The notes: generated by a model from the sequence alone, not told the origin. A stretch of 64,000 nt of DNA from Caldilineaceae bacterium (GCA_965213595.1 CBDBZO010000002.1:1189577-1253576), one strand, 5' to 3'; shown: positions 1 to 11,712, counted from the first letter of the stretch. A program made the numbers and translations.

Positions 1-740
1 AGCTTGTGCTCCAAATTATTGGCTGCCGACAGCAGTCGCGCCAGCGCCCGCAGCGCCGTCGCGTGCCCCTTGCGCGGCTCCAGCGTGCCGACCATCAGCA
101 GGTACGCCCCCTCGATTCCGTGGGCCCGCCGCACGCGCGCGACTTCGCCTTCGGCAGCGGGCGCGAACGAGGCGTCGATGCCTTCGTGGATGACGTGGAT
201 TTTCTCCGGCGGCAAATTATAAAGCTCGACCAGGTCGCGCTTGGTGTGGTGGCTGACGGCGATCAGGGCCTCGGCGGCGCGGGCAAAGCGCGGCACGGCA
301 ACGCGTAGGAAGAGGTGATTGCGCCGCGTGTGGTGTTCGGGGTAGTGCTCGAAGATCAGGTCGTGAACGGTGAGAATCGCGGGCTGACGCAGGTGCGGGA
401 GGAGGTGTTCGGTGGCGTGGTAGAGAGTTGGGAAGCTGGGGAGCTGGGGAGCTGGGGAGTGAAATATCCAGCGTTCGTGGAGCGGCTGCCCGACGAGCTG
501 GCTGGCAAGGGCGCTGAGTCGCCAGGGGAGCTGGCCCATGTTGACGGTGCGCGCGGGCGCGTTCGCCAGCGAGGGAGGCAGCTCGTGGCCGCTGTGGGCA
601 TTGTAGAAAAGGGTGAGGTCGACGTCGTCCGCGTGGTCGCGCAGCAGATGGGCGGCCAGCCGCTCGGCATAGCGCGCTAGCCCCGCATTCTGGTGCACGG
701 CGGGGCCGATGTCGAGGGTGACGGTTAGAGGTGGCTGCAT
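1..740 (-). CDS. glycosyltransferase family 1 (GT4-like), partial; 3' end lies beyond the window start
   Basis: Absent from the ORF track because it has no stop in the window. My minus-strand translation from ATG 740..738 gives MQPPLTVTLDIGPAVHQNAGLARYAERL...ILTVHDLIFEHYPEHH...HVIHEGID...YLLMVGTLEPRKG. This is the GT-B/GT4 layout, including the EPRKG motif. Confidence 0.7.
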   Translation of the reverse strand, partial: MQPPLTVTLDIGPAVHQNAGLARYAERLAAHLLRDHADDVDLTLFYNAHSGHELPPSLANAPARTVNMGQLPWRLSALASQLVGQPLHERWIFHSPAPQLPSFPTLYHATEHLLPHLRQPAILTVHDLIFEHYPEHHTRRNHLFLRVAVPRFARAAEALIAVSHHTKRDLVELYNLPPEKIHVIHEGIDASFAPAAEGEVARVRRAHGIEGAYLLMVGTLEPRKGHATALRALARLLSAANNLEHK

Positions 741-751
741 CGTTGAGAGGT

Positions 752-867
752 TGTAGTGCTTAGTGCGTATTGCTTATTGCTGGGTTGGCTATCTTCAAGG
801 GGGCTCCTTTCGTTGCAACCAATGCCGCAATCGAAAAAGCAGTACGCACTAAGCACTGCGCACTATT
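752..867. repeat. intergenic hairpin made of short tandem units (gtgcttagtgcgtattgc ... gcagtacgcactaagcac)
   Basis: The arms at about 753-777 and 841-865 are reverse complements. The 3' arm overlaps the udk stop codon. Confidence 0.7.
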
Positions 868-1501
868 CTTCCAGCACCGCCTTTAGCCGGCTCGCCACCA
901 TCTCCAGTGCGACTTCGTTGTGGCCGCCCTCCGGCAGGATGATGTGGGCGTAGCGCTTGCTGGGCTCGACAAAGCGCAGGTGCATGGGCCGCACGGTCGT
1001 CAAATACTGGTCGACCACCGAATCGAGCGTGCGCCCGCGCTGTTCGATATCGCGCCGGAGGCGGCGCAGCACGCGCAGGTCCGAATCGGTGTCCACGTAG
1101 AGGCGCAGGTCCATCAGGTCGCGCAGTTCGCGCTCGGTGAAGATGAGGATGCCCTCGATCAGCAGAATGCGCGCCGGCTCGACGCGCTCGGTTTCGTCCG
1201 TGCGCTGGTGGGTGGCAAAATCGTAGACGGGCACGTCCACGGCGTGGCCGCTGCGCAGCTGGCGCACGTGCTGAACGAGCAGCTCGGTTTGCAGGCTTTC
1301 GGGGTGGTCGTAATTGCGCGCGGCGCGCTCGGCAAAGGTGAGGTGCGGCGGGTTGTAGTAGTAGCTGTCGTGCTGGATGTAGGCCAAGTGCTCGTTGCCG
1401 ACGAGCTCGCGGATGCGGCGGCTCACGGTCGTCTTGCCGCTGCCGCTGCCCCCGGCAACGCCGATGGTGAAGGGGGTGGGGGAAGAGGGTGGGGACAGCA
1501 T
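863..1501 (-). CDS. udk: uridine kinase
   Basis: ORF 863..1558. P-loop IGVAGGSGSGKTT, then the typical Udk run YDHPESL...FATHQR...ILLIEGI...DTDSDLRVLRRLRRDIEQRGR. I chose the start at ATG 1501 (MLSPP...). The upstream extension to 1558 is less likely. Confidence 0.9.
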   Translation of the reverse strand: MLSPPSSPTPFTIGVAGGSGSGKTTVSRRIRELVGNEHLAYIQHDSYYYNPPHLTFAERAARNYDHPESLQTELLVQHVRQLRSGHAVDVPVYDFATHQRTDETERVEPARILLIEGILIFTERELRDLMDLRLYVDTDSDLRVLRRLRRDIEQRGRTLDSVVDQYLTTVRPMHLRFVEPSKRYAHIILPEGGHNEVALEMVASRLKAVLEE

Positions 1502-1604
1502 GGGGAAAATATAGCACGTTCCCCGTGAGAGATCAATCCTGTTTCGCACCCACGCCACGCGATTCCACTGCTCACCCCTCGCTCACCCCGCGCTCACCCC
1601 GCGC

Positions 1605-2846
1605 TCACCCCTCGATCACCGCCAGACAGCGATCCACCTCTTCGACGGTGTTGTAGTGGGCCAGCCCGATGCGCAGCAGCCCGCCGTCGTCCTCCACGCC
1701 CAGCCGCTCGGTGACGGAGACGGCGTAGAAGTTGCCGTCCCAGGTGAAAATGTTCTGCTCGCCCAGCTCACGCGCCAGCGCTTCGGGCGTTGTGCCCGCC
1801 TTGCGCAGGGCAACGGTGATAACGCGCTCGTCGCGGTGGCCGGGCTCGGTAAGGCCGTAGATGCGGACGCCGGGAATCGACAGCAGGCCGTCCAGCAGGC
1901 GATCCAGGAGCACGCGCTCGTAGCCGCCGATGAGTCGCCAAGCGGCGGCGAGCTGCTCGCGGCGGGCGTTGCTTTCGTCGGCGTCGCCGTGCTGCGCGCC
2001 GAGGGCGGCCAGATAGTCGATAGCGGCGGCGGTGGCGGCCAGCCCTTCGTGGTTTTTGGTGCCCGTCTCCCACTGGCCGGGCGATTTTGTCCCCGCCGGG
2101 CGCACGTTGTAGGCGCGCAGCCGATCCAGGTGCTCTCGCTTGCCGTAGAGAATACCGACGTGGGGGCCAAAGAACTTGTAGGCGCTGCACGCCAAAAAAT
2201 CACAGCCCAGCGCTTTGACATCGATGAGGCCGTGGGGCGCGTACTGCACGGCATCGATAAATGAAAGCGCGCCCGCCTTGCGCGCCCAGCCGATGAGCGT
2301 CGCCACGTCGTTGACCGTGCCCGTGGCGTTGCTGGCGTAGCCGACGGCCACGAGCTTCGTCCGCTCGCTGATCTGCGATTGGGCGTGGGCCATGTCCAGC
2401 GTGCAGCTCTCCGGGTCGATGTCGATCCAGCGCACGGTGGCGCCCGTATCCTCGGCCAGCCGCAGCCAGGGGGCGACGTTGGCATCGTGGTCCAGCCGCG
2501 TCACCACAATTTCATCGCCCTCGCCGAGTTCGTGGGCCAGCGTGTGGCTCAGGGCAAAGGCGAGCGAAGTCATGTTGTTGCCAAAGACGATCTCGGTCGG
2601 GGTCGCGCCGAGCAGATCGGCGGCGGCCTGGCGCGCGTAGTCGACCGTGGCGTCCGCCCGGCGGCTCGTCTCGAAGTGGCCACCCTTGTTGGCGTTGCGC
2701 CGCGTGTAGTAGTCGACGGTGGCGTCGATCACCGCCTGCGGGACCTGCGTGCCGCCGGGGTTGTCAAAAAAAATGGCTGTCTGGCCGCTGTACGTTTCGT
2801 TGAGCGCGGGAAACTGGGCGCGGATGGTGTCGATGGGGAAGGGCAT
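1605..2846 (-). CDS. cysteine desulfurase-like aminotransferase class V (SufS/CsdA-related)
   Basis: 413-aa ORF. IRAQFPAL...IFFDNPGGTQVPQAVIDA...FIDAVQYAPH...CSAYKFFGPHVG is the class V PLP-enzyme pattern with the SAYK lysine. Confidence 0.8.
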   Translation of the reverse strand: MPFPIDTIRAQFPALNETYSGQTAIFFDNPGGTQVPQAVIDATVDYYTRRNANKGGHFETSRRADATVDYARQAAADLLGATPTEIVFGNNMTSLAFALSHTLAHELGEGDEIVVTRLDHDANVAPWLRLAEDTGATVRWIDIDPESCTLDMAHAQSQISERTKLVAVGYASNATGTVNDVATLIGWARKAGALSFIDAVQYAPHGLIDVKALGCDFLACSAYKFFGPHVGILYGKREHLDRLRAYNVRPAGTKSPGQWETGTKNHEGLAATAAAIDYLAALGAQHGDADESNARREQLAAAWRLIGGYERVLLDRLLDGLLSIPGVRIYGLTEPGHRDERVITVALRKAGTTPEALARELGEQNIFTWDGNFYAVSVTERLGVEDDGGLLRIGLAHYNTVEEVDRCLAVIEG

Positions 2847-2878
2847 GGAAAGTACCTGGGGTTGGGTGGGTTGATATT

Positions 2879-3019
2879 TGTGGCTTGTTGCCTATTGCTT
2901 GTTGCTTATTGCTTGTTGCTTCGTCGGGGCGTGCGTGGATGTGGACTGTGCGGCAGTGAAGCTATCCAAAAAATGAGCGCAGTGACCAGCCTCTCTCTAA
3001 GCAGTAAGCAATAAGCCCT
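2879..3019. repeat. intergenic hairpin of tandem gcttgttgc/gcttattgc units
   Basis: tgtggcttgttgcctattgcttgttgcttattgcttgttgcttcg at 2879-2925. A partial reverse complement (ctaagcagtaagcaataagccc) lies at 2998-3019. Confidence 0.6.
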
Positions 3020-4403
3020 ACTCAATTTCCGGCCAGCCGCCCGCCAGCAGCCACACTCGCTCGCAACCCAGCAGGCGCGTCCAATCGCCGGCGAGCAGGG
3101 CAGCGGCGAGCTCGACCAGCGCCTTGCCGTTTTTCTGATGCGGCCGGGGCAGGAGCGGCTTATCCGGCGCGCGCACGTTGACGGCGCGCACGCTGCCGTC
3201 CATGGGCAGGCCAGCCTGCTTGCAGGCGACGTCCACCGCCGTCTGCAAATCGCCGAGCGCATCGACGAGGCCGTGGGCGAGCGCCTGCTTGCCCGTCCAA
3301 ACTTTGCCCTGGCAGATGGGCTCCAGCGCGTCGTATTCCAGGCCGCGCCCGTCCGCCACGCGCTGCTTAAATTCGCGGTAGACGTGCTGGATTCCCTGCT
3401 CAATTTTAGCGCGCGGCTCGCCCCGCCACGGCTCCATCGAGCTGTTGAGCACCGCGTTGTCGCCGCGCTGGATCACGTCGCGGTGGGCGTCGAGCTTTTG
3501 ATAGAGGCCGCTGTCGACGGGCTTGCCGTTGATCACGCCGATGCTGCCGGTGATAGTGCTGGATTGGGCCACGATGTGGCGACCGGGTGCGGCGATGTAG
3601 TAGCCGCCGCTGGCCGCCACGTCGCCCATGTAGACGATGAGCGGCTTTTCTTTGTCCAGCAGCTTGAGCTCGCGCCACATCACGTCGCTGGCCAGGGCGG
3701 AGCCGCCGGGCGAATCGACGTGCAGGACGACGGCGGCGAGGCGGTCGTCGTCGCGGGCGGCGCGGATCATTTGTTGGGCGCTGCTGCTGCCGATCTGTTG
3801 GCTGCCCAGCAGCGGCAGCGGCACGGGAAAGCTGCGGCTGCTGCCGGTGATGATCGCTCCGCGCAGGCTGACGATGCCCACCGACCGGCGCGCGCGCGTC
3901 TGCGGGCGGCGCAGCAGCAGACCGCGCGTTTTGCCAAAGCGCTTGAGCGTGGCCGGTTTGTCGACTTTGCCCTCTCGTTGGCCCAGCCGCTCCAGCACTT
4001 CGTCCTCATAGAGAACAGCGTCCACCAGACCGTGATCGCGTGCCTCCGCGGCGGTATACGGCGCGTGATTGATCAGCTCGCGCACCTGGGCCGGATCGAG
4101 ATTGCGCCCGCCGGCGATGGCGTCGATCACGTCGTCGAAGAGGCTGTCCAGCAGCCAGCCCGTCTGCTCGCGGGCGGCGTCGCTGATGTGGCTGCGGGTG
4201 AACTGATCGAGCGCGCTCTTCCACGGCGCGATTTTGACGGCGTCGAAGGCCACGCCCGCCTTGGCCAGCGTCTCCTTGAGAAAGACGGGCTCGCTGCGAA
4301 AGCCGAGCACGTCCCAGCCCGACAGCGGCGTCAGGTAGAGCTGGTCCGCGGCGCAGGCGGCCACGTAGGCGGGCGTCGACGCGCTTTCGATGTAGACAAT
4401 CAC
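3018..4403 (-). CDS. sppA: signal peptide peptidase SppA (67K type), C-terminal 461-aa fragment. The gene appears split by a frameshift.
   Basis: IVYIESASTPAYVAACAADQLYL...LIVYMGDVAASGGYYIAAPG shows two S49 peptidase repeats. The frame stays open upstream of 4403 (…FASGTLKLCGEREPALRKQVIVY). Confidence 0.8.
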   Translation of the reverse strand: MIVYIESASTPAYVAACAADQLYLTPLSGWDVLGFRSEPVFLKETLAKAGVAFDAVKIAPWKSALDQFTRSHISDAAREQTGWLLDSLFDDVIDAIAGGRNLDPAQVRELINHAPYTAAEARDHGLVDAVLYEDEVLERLGQREGKVDKPATLKRFGKTRGLLLRRPQTRARRSVGIVSLRGAIITGSSRSFPVPLPLLGSQQIGSSSAQQMIRAARDDDRLAAVVLHVDSPGGSALASDVMWRELKLLDKEKPLIVYMGDVAASGGYYIAAPGRHIVAQSSTITGSIGVINGKPVDSGLYQKLDAHRDVIQRGDNAVLNSSMEPWRGEPRAKIEQGIQHVYREFKQRVADGRGLEYDALEPICQGKVWTGKQALAHGLVDALGDLQTAVDVACKQAGLPMDGSVRAVNVRAPDKPLLPRPHQKNGKALVELAAALLAGDWTRLLGCERVWLLAGGWPEIE

Positions 4404-4422
4404 CTGTTTACGCAGCGCTGGT

Positions 4423-4815
4423 TCACGTTCGCCGCACAGCTTGAGCGTCCCACTGGCGAAAGCGCTCGAACAGCGCGGCCAGGCTCTGCGCCTTGGGCAG
4501 GCTCAGCGATGGCGATTTGAGCAGCAGCACCACGCCGCGCACGTCCGGATCAGCCGCGATTTGGCGCAGGGCCTCGCCCAACGATTCGAGCGTGATCGGC
4601 GGCTTGTCGCCGGGGATGAACTGCCGCCAGAAGGGACGGTCCGGGCTGCGCTCTTCGACATCGCGATCCAGCGTAAAGAGCACGTAATCGGGCAACCGAC
4701 CGCGAAAGAGTCGGCGGCGAAGGTTCATCAGCGCGCAGCCTAGTCGATTGAGCTGCGTGCGGATTGTCGAAAAGAAGCGGCCCAGCCCTTTGGTGAGCGG
4801 CTCGAGAAAATTCAT
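4423..4815 (-). CDS. sppA: SppA N-terminal 130-aa fragment (different frame from 3018..4403)
   Basis: TLESLGEALRQIAADPDVRGVVLLLKSPSLSL...LFERFRQ is the usual start of the first S49 domain. It stops at TGA 4425..4423, right where the next frame continues the family pattern. Confidence 0.75.
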   Translation of the reverse strand: MNFLEPLTKGLGRFFSTIRTQLNRLGCALMNLRRRLFRGRLPDYVLFTLDRDVEERSPDRPFWRQFIPGDKPPITLESLGEALRQIAADPDVRGVVLLLKSPSLSLPKAQSLAALFERFRQWDAQAVRRT

Positions 4816-4840
4816 GGAGGCTCCTAGAACACGTAAGATT

Positions 4841-5026
4841 GATCAACGAAGGACACGAAGAGCACGAAGAGCACGAAGGCAGAGGATCGACGTTCTTTCC
4901 TTCGTGCTCCTTCACGTCCTTCGTTGATCAGCTTCTAAGATATTTGATCAACGAAGGACACGAAGGAACACGAAGGAAGAGGGTCAACGTTCTTTCCTTC
5001 GTGTTCCTTCGTGCTCTTCGTGGATC
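4841..5026. repeat. two tandem hairpin elements of the gatcaacgaagg... family
   Basis: H1 spans 4841-4929 (gatcaacgaaggacacgaagagcacgaag...cttcgtgctccttcacgtccttcgttgatc). H2 spans 4946-5026. A third member lies at 55177-55256. Confidence 0.8.
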
Positions 5027-5181
5027 GATTTCTGAAGTTTTTGAGCAAACCTGATTGTTTAATTCATTGTCGGGGCTTTCGCTAATTTCCGCAAGCAACT
5101 TTGCAGATTGATCTCCCAAGCATCTGCTAGAATTGTCCCGTACTTCATCCAGTAATATGTATCACTGCAAAGGAGCAGACC

Positions 5182-6291
5182 ATGATCATCGGGCTTCCCA
5201 AGGAAATTAAGGACAGCGAAAATCGCGTGGGCTTGACGCCGGGCGCGGTGCGGGCGCTGGTGCGACGCGGCCATCGGGTGCTCGTCGAAGCGGGGGCGGG
5301 CGCGGGCAGCACGCTGGGCGACGAAGAGTACCGGGCGGCGGGCGGCGAGATTGTCGAATCGGCATCGGAGGCGTGGGGGGCGCAGATGGTCGTCAAGGTG
5401 AAGGAGCCTGTCGAGGCCGAGTATCATTTCCTACGGAGCGATCTGCTGCTCTACACCTATTTACACTTGGCCGCCGATCGCCCGCTGACCAACGCCCTGC
5501 TCGAAAGCGGCACCACGGCCATCGCCTACGAAACCGTGCAGCTCGCCAACGGCCACCTGCCGCTGCTCATGCCGATGAGCGAAGTGGCCGGGCGCATGGC
5601 GGCCCAGGTCGGCGCATACTATTTGGAGACGCCCAACGGCGGGCGCGGCGTGCTGATGGGTGGCGTGCCGGGCGTGGCCCCGGCAGATGTGGTGGTGCTG
5701 GGCGGCGGCATCGTGGGCACGAATGCCGCTAAAGTCGCGCTGGGCATGGGCGCGCAGGTCACGGTGCTGGACATTAGCCACGAGCGGCTCCAGTACCTGG
5801 ACGACATCTTCCTCGGTCGGCTGCAAACGCGCATGAGCAACGAGGGCTACATCGAGGAGATGGTGCTAAACGCCGATCTCGTAATCGGCGCGGTGCTGAT
5901 TCCCGGCGGGAGAGCGCCCTGGCTCGTCACGCGCGACATGCTGAGCGCCATGCGCCCCAACGCCGTCATCATCGACGTCGCCGTGGACCAGGGCGGCTGC
6001 GTCGAGACCAGCCGTCCCACCACCCACAGCGATCCCACCTTTGTCGTCGACGGCGTGCTGCACTACTGCGTCGCCAACATGCCGGGGGCCGTGCCGCGCA
6101 CGAGCACCTTCGCGCTGACCAATCAGACGCTGCGCTATGCGATTGAGTTGGCGAACGAGGGGCTGGATGCGGTGCGAAAGAGCCCGCCGCTGCAAGGGGG
6201 ACTGAACACGCACGGCGGTCGCGTGACGCACAAGGGCGTCGCCGAGGCGTTTGAGCTGACATACGCGGAGCCGACGAGCGTGCTGGATTAA
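5182..6291 (+). CDS. ald: alanine dehydrogenase
   Basis: 369 aa. [23 protein letters not shown]...[26 protein letters not shown]...[17 protein letters not shown] aaaggag at 5168-5174. Confidence 0.95.
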   Translation: MIIGLPKEIKDSENRVGLTPGAVRALVRRGHRVLVEAGAGAGSTLGDEEYRAAGGEIVESASEAWGAQMVVKVKEPVEAEYHFLRSDLLLYTYLHLAADRPLTNALLESGTTAIAYETVQLANGHLPLLMPMSEVAGRMAAQVGAYYLETPNGGRGVLMGGVPGVAPADVVVLGGGIVGTNAAKVALGMGAQVTVLDISHERLQYLDDIFLGRLQTRMSNEGYIEEMVLNADLVIGAVLIPGGRAPWLVTRDMLSAMRPNAVIIDVAVDQGGCVETSRPTTHSDPTFVVDGVLHYCVANMPGAVPRTSTFALTNQTLRYAIELANEGLDAVRKSPPLQGGLNTHGGRVTHKGVAEAFELTYAEPTSVLD

Positions 6292-6352
6292 GTTCTGTTG
6301 ACATTTTGCTGGAGGGGCTTGAAGGGCAGGTCGAGTGCGCCCCCATCCCCGG

Positions 6353-6432
6353 CCCTTCCCCCACACGTGGGGGAAGGGAGCATGAAGCTCCCCTCTCCCA
6401 CCCTGGGAGAGGGGCCGGGGGTGAGGGCCAAT
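6353..6432. repeat. GC-rich REP-like palindromes
   Basis: cccttcccccacacgtgggggaaggg and cccctctcccaccctgggagagggg followed by ccgggggtgagggc. Related palindromes occur at 16088, 17989 and 35758. Confidence 0.7.
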
Positions 6433-6590
6433 TCTCAAATGTCAACGGAACCCAAGAGCTGGCTGGCTGTTGATGCCGTGATCGCACAATGAAAGCAAAA
6501 AGCGGAGCCAGCCGAAGCTGACCCCGCTCTTGACTCTGATGCTCGACAGAAAACGTCGTTCCTCCGCGCCGCCTGGAATTGGCTCGACGA

Positions 6591-6647
6591 CTAACCAATT
6601 ACCACGTTGACCAGCTTGTTCGGCACGACGATCACCTTGCACACCTG
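6591..6647 (-). repeat. 57-nt near-copy of the leuS 3' end, including a stop codon
   Basis: 6591-6647 versus 6791-6847 shows 5 mismatches by eye, and the offset is exactly 200 nt. It translates as ...QVCKVIVVPNKLVNVVIG*, against the genuine KQVRKVIVVPNKLVNVVVG*. Confidence 0.85.
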
Positions 6648-6655
6648 ATGAAACG

Positions 6656-6786
6656 TAACGCGAAGCGCTGCTTCGCCCCGTGCAATCAACAAAGAGACGC
6701 GGTTAAACCAGCGCTTCTCAACCAGCGACTCGGCAATCAGCCGAAATGCTTCGTTAACTCCACGGAAACGAAGCAGCGCTTCGTCC
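6656..6786. repeat. hairpin element lying between the two leuS 3'-end copies
   Basis: Arms aacgcgaagcgctgcttcgcc (6656-6676) and ggaaacgaagcagcgcttcgtcc (6763-6786). A similar gaagcgctgcttcg element lies at about 40790-40880. Confidence 0.65.
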
Positions 6787-7589
6787 TACATTAACCAACC
6801 ACCACGTTGACCAGCTTGTTCGGCACGACAATCACCTTGCGCACCTGCTTGCCGTTGATCCACTTCTGCACGTTCTCCAGCGACAGCGCCTGCTCTTCCA
6901 GCACGTCCTGCGCCGTACCCGGCTCCACCGCCAGCTTGTCCCGCACCTTGCCGTTGACCTGCACGACGACGGTGATTTCGTCCTCCTTGGCCTTCTCGGC
7001 GTCGCCTTCGGGCCAAGCTTGAACGTGCACGCTGTCGGTGACCATTTGGTCGCTCTCCCCAGCATAGCCGTGCAGCCGCTGCCACATCTCCTCGGCGATG
7101 TGCGGGAAGATGGGCGCCATCATCAGCGTCAGTGCACGGATCGCCTCGTCCCACAGCGGCGTGCCGACGACCGCCGTCTCCTTGGCCTTGATCATGGCGT
7201 TGTTCAGCTCCATCAGCGCCGAAATCGCCGTGTTGAAGCGGAAGTCGGTGATGTCGTCGGTGACCTTGATGATCGTTTGGTGCAGCTTGCGCTCCAGATC
7301 GCGCAGCTCGCCTGCACTGGGCTCGGCGGCGACGTTGTCCGCGTTCGGCTCGTCGATCACAACCGTCCAGGCGCGGTACAGGAAGCGCACGACGCCTTCG
7401 ATGGCCTCGGTGTTCCACGGCCCGCCCAGGTTCCAGGGGCCAATAAACATCAGGTAGCCGCGCACGGTGTCCGCGCCGTACTTGTCCACAAATTCGTCGG
7501 GGTTGACCACGTTGCCGCGGCTCTTGGACATCTTCTCGCCGTCCGGCCCCAGGATCATGCCCTGGTTGTACAGCCGCTGCATCGGCTCG

Positions 7590-9329
<1,740 letters not shown>

Positions 9330-9710
9330 GAGAGTGCTCCTGTCGGTTCTTTATTGCTTGCTGTGCATTGCTTAGCGGCTGGCCCGTAGACGCAAAAAGA
9401 CGCGAGGCCTGCCGGAGCAGTACGCACTAAGCAATACGCACTACTCCCTGCCTCACGTCTTCAATTTTGGCCCGCTCAACACGCCGGTTGTCTACTTAAC
9501 CCGCGCACGGGCTATTTAAGCGCGACGATGCCGCCGATGGCGCCACCGGCAGCGCTGTGGGTTCGGGTATGAAATTGGGCGGTGGAAGCGAACGTTGTAA
9601 ATTTCATGATACCGAGCCTAGCAAAACTTTGCACCAAATTTCTGTGTTGGATTCTACACGAAATGAGCGAAGAAGTCAACAAGCCAGTGAGAAACTTTTG
9701 GCTTCAAAAT

Positions 9711-9738
9711 TTGACGGGGCAGGTAGCTGTGTTATAAT
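9711..9738 (+). promoter_or_regulatory. sigma70-type promoter candidate upstream of the tRNA-tuf block
   Basis: TTGACG (9711-9716), a 16-nt spacer, then TATAAT (9733-9738). It lies about 120 nt upstream of tRNA-Thr. Confidence 0.5.
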
Positions 9739-9858
9739 GAGCAACCGCGCGTGGGAAATTTGTTTCTTCTCGCGGGCAGAAGTCACGATGCGGCAGTACC
9801 CTGCGAGACAGTTGGCACAGAGACAATCGACATGCCACGATTGACATGCCGATGATAT

Positions 9859-9931
<73 letters not shown>

Positions 9932-9977
9932 TTGGTTGGTGGACGCCGCGGCGAATCATCAACGCACGTTAACAGTT

Positions 9978-10063
<86 letters not shown>

Positions 10064-10076
10064 AGTGCATTGACGG

Positions 10077-10168
10077 TTTTGGGTTTACGATTTTGGATTG
10101 TCTCGTTGGAAAGGTTGTAATCATTGAACAAGCAAAAATCGTAAGTCTAAAATCCTAAATCGCAAATC
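10077..10168. repeat. hairpin of gatttacg/gattttgg-type units between two tRNAs
   Basis: ttttgggtttacgattttggattg ... caaaaatcgtaagtctaaaatcctaaatcgcaaatc. The same unit type occurs at 39490-39530 and 51851-51945. Confidence 0.65.
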
Positions 10169-10171
10169 TTG

Positions 10172-10250
<79 letters not shown>

Positions 10251-10280
10251 CTTTGTTGTTCTTGAAAGTTTAACTTAAAA

Positions 10281-10311
10281 GAGGTGCTTTAGATAAAGCG
10301 CCTCGCTTTTT
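10281..10311 (+). terminator. intrinsic terminator/attenuator between the tRNA cluster and tuf
   Basis: 10-bp stem gaggtgcttt/aaagcgcctc followed by gcttttt. Confidence 0.6.
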
Positions 10312-10356
10312 GCAGCAAGCCAAACGGCTTTAGCTAGAAATTTATTGGAGGAATAT

Positions 10357-11556
10357 ATGTCGAAGGCAGTATTTGAGCGCAACAAGCCGCACGTGAACGT
10401 GGGGACGATTGGGCACGTGGATCACGGGAAGACGACGTTGACGGCAGCGATTACGAAGACCTTGTCGCTGAAGGGGTGGGCGGACTTTTCCAAGTTTGAC
10501 CAGATCGACAACGCGCCGGAAGAGAAAGCGCGCGGCATCACGATTGCGATTAGCCACGTCGAGTACGAGACGGAAGAGCGGCACTACGCGCACGTGGACT
10601 GCCCGGGCCACGCCGACTACATCAAGAACATGATCACCGGCGCCGCGCAGATGGACGGCGCGATTCTGGTGGTCTCTGCGCCGGACGGCCCCATGCCGCA
10701 GACGAGAGAGCACATCCTGCTGGCGCGGCAGGTGGAAGTGCCGGCGATGGTGGTCTTCCTGAACAAGGTGGACATGATGGACGACGAGGAGCTGTTGGAG
10801 CTGGTGGAGATGGAGCTGCGGGAGCTGTTGGACAGCTACGGCTTCCCCGGCGACGACATTCCGATTGTGCGCGGTTCGGCTTTGGCGGCGCTGGAAGAGG
10901 AGAGCAGCGACCCGGACGCCGAGGCGTACGCCCCGATTTGGGAGCTGATGGCGCAGGTGGACGAGTACATTCCGACGCCGGAGCGAGCGGTGGACCAGCC
11001 CTTCCTGATGCCGATTGAGGATGTGTTTAGCATCAAGGGGCGCGGCACGGTGGTGACGGGACGCATCGAGCGCGGGGTGGTGCACCCGATGGAAGAGGTG
11101 GAGATGGTGGGCTTGGCGGACACGCGCAAGCTGACGGTGACGGGGGTGGAGATGTTCCGCAAGCTGCTGGACGAAGGGCAGGCGGGGGACAACGTGGGCT
11201 GCCTGTTGCGCGGCATCACGCGGGACGAAGTGGAGCGGGGGCAGGTCTTGGCGAAGCCGGGGAGCATCAAGCCGCACACGCAGTTCATGAGCGAGGTGTA
11301 CGTGTTGAAGAAGGAAGAGGGGGGTCGGCACACGCCCTTTTTCAAGGGGTATCGGCCGCAGTTCTACATCCGGACGATGGACATCACGGGGGCGATTGAG
11401 CTGCCGGAGGGGGTGGAGATGGTGATGCCGGGGGACAACGTGAACATGCGGGTGGAGCTGATTTCGCCGGTGGCTTTGGAGCAGGGCAGCCGCTTTGCCA
11501 TCCGCGAGGGCGGGCGCACCGTCGGCGCTGGCGTTATCACCGAAATCCTCAACTAA
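10357..11556 (+). CDS. tuf: elongation factor Tu
   Basis: [28 protein letters not shown]...DCPGHADY...NKVD. Start ATG 10357 follows SD ggagg. The ORF-track start at 10345 is an upstream TTG. Confidence 0.98.
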   Translation: MSKAVFERNKPHVNVGTIGHVDHGKTTLTAAITKTLSLKGWADFSKFDQIDNAPEEKARGITIAISHVEYETEERHYAHVDCPGHADYIKNMITGAAQMDGAILVVSAPDGPMPQTREHILLARQVEVPAMVVFLNKVDMMDDEELLELVEMELRELLDSYGFPGDDIPIVRGSALAALEEESSDPDAEAYAPIWELMAQVDEYIPTPERAVDQPFLMPIEDVFSIKGRGTVVTGRIERGVVHPMEEVEMVGLADTRKLTVTGVEMFRKLLDEGQAGDNVGCLLRGITRDEVERGQVLAKPGSIKPHTQFMSEVYVLKKEEGGRHTPFFKGYRPQFYIRTMDITGAIELPEGVEMVMPGDNVNMRVELISPVALEQGSRFAIREGGRTVGAGVITEILN

Positions 11557-11578
11557 TTTGTCAGCCTAATTTGTTGAC

Positions 11579-11607
11579 GAGGAAGGATACATCTGGTATC
11601 CTTCCTC
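11579..11607 (+). terminator. terminator-like hairpin after tuf (no U-tract)
   Basis: 12-bp stem gaggaaggatac/gtatccttcctc with loop atctg. Confidence 0.45.
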
Positions 11608-11617
11608 ACAAACCCAT

Positions 11618-11690
11618 AGGCGAGTAGCTCAATTGGTAGAGCACTGGTCTCCAAAACCAGCGGTTGCGGGTTCAAGTCCTGCCTCGCCTG
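11618..11690 (+). tRNA. tRNA-Trp (anticodon CCA)
   Basis: Acceptor aggcgag/ctcgcct, anticodon stem ctggt/accag with loop ctCCAaa, T arm gcggg-ttcaagt-cctgc. It sits in the classic position before secE-nusG. Confidence 0.9.
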
Positions 11691-11712
11691 CTTTAGTGAT
11701 TCACACGTTAAC

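Noticed and set aside
4839-5054. 71-aa ORF MINEGHEEHEEHEG... as a His/Glu-rich metal-binding peptide.
   Set aside because: It is the translation of the two tandem gatcaacgaagg hairpin elements. The opposite strand gives an equally long ORF, and there is no SD.
9330-9620. T-box or other leader riboswitch upstream of leuS (minus strand).
   Set aside because: I could not find the conserved T-box sequence (…GGGTGGTACCGCG-like), a specifier-loop arrangement, or a terminator/antiterminator pair. The region is dominated by one of the tandem-unit hairpins (9340-9450).
9841-9858. TTGACA box immediately upstream of tRNA-Thr as a promoter.
   Set aside because: No acceptable -10 element lies at 16-18 nt; it would fall inside the tRNA. 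The TTGACG-16-TATAAT pair at 9711-9738 is the better candidate.
10342-11331. 329-aa minus-strand ORF opposite tuf. Similar long antisense or alternate-frame ORFs occur at 3138..4520, 7809..9389, 19649..20881, 19788..21128, 23462..24622, 30542..32419, 41161..42393, 43719..44960, 46706..48130, 52372..53697, 53847..54866, 59605..61203 and 62176..63255.
   Set aside because: They are shadow ORFs typical of high-GC DNA. Their text is Arg/Ala/Pro/His-rich and low-complexity. Each lies opposite or out of frame with an ORF that has unmistakable family motifs.
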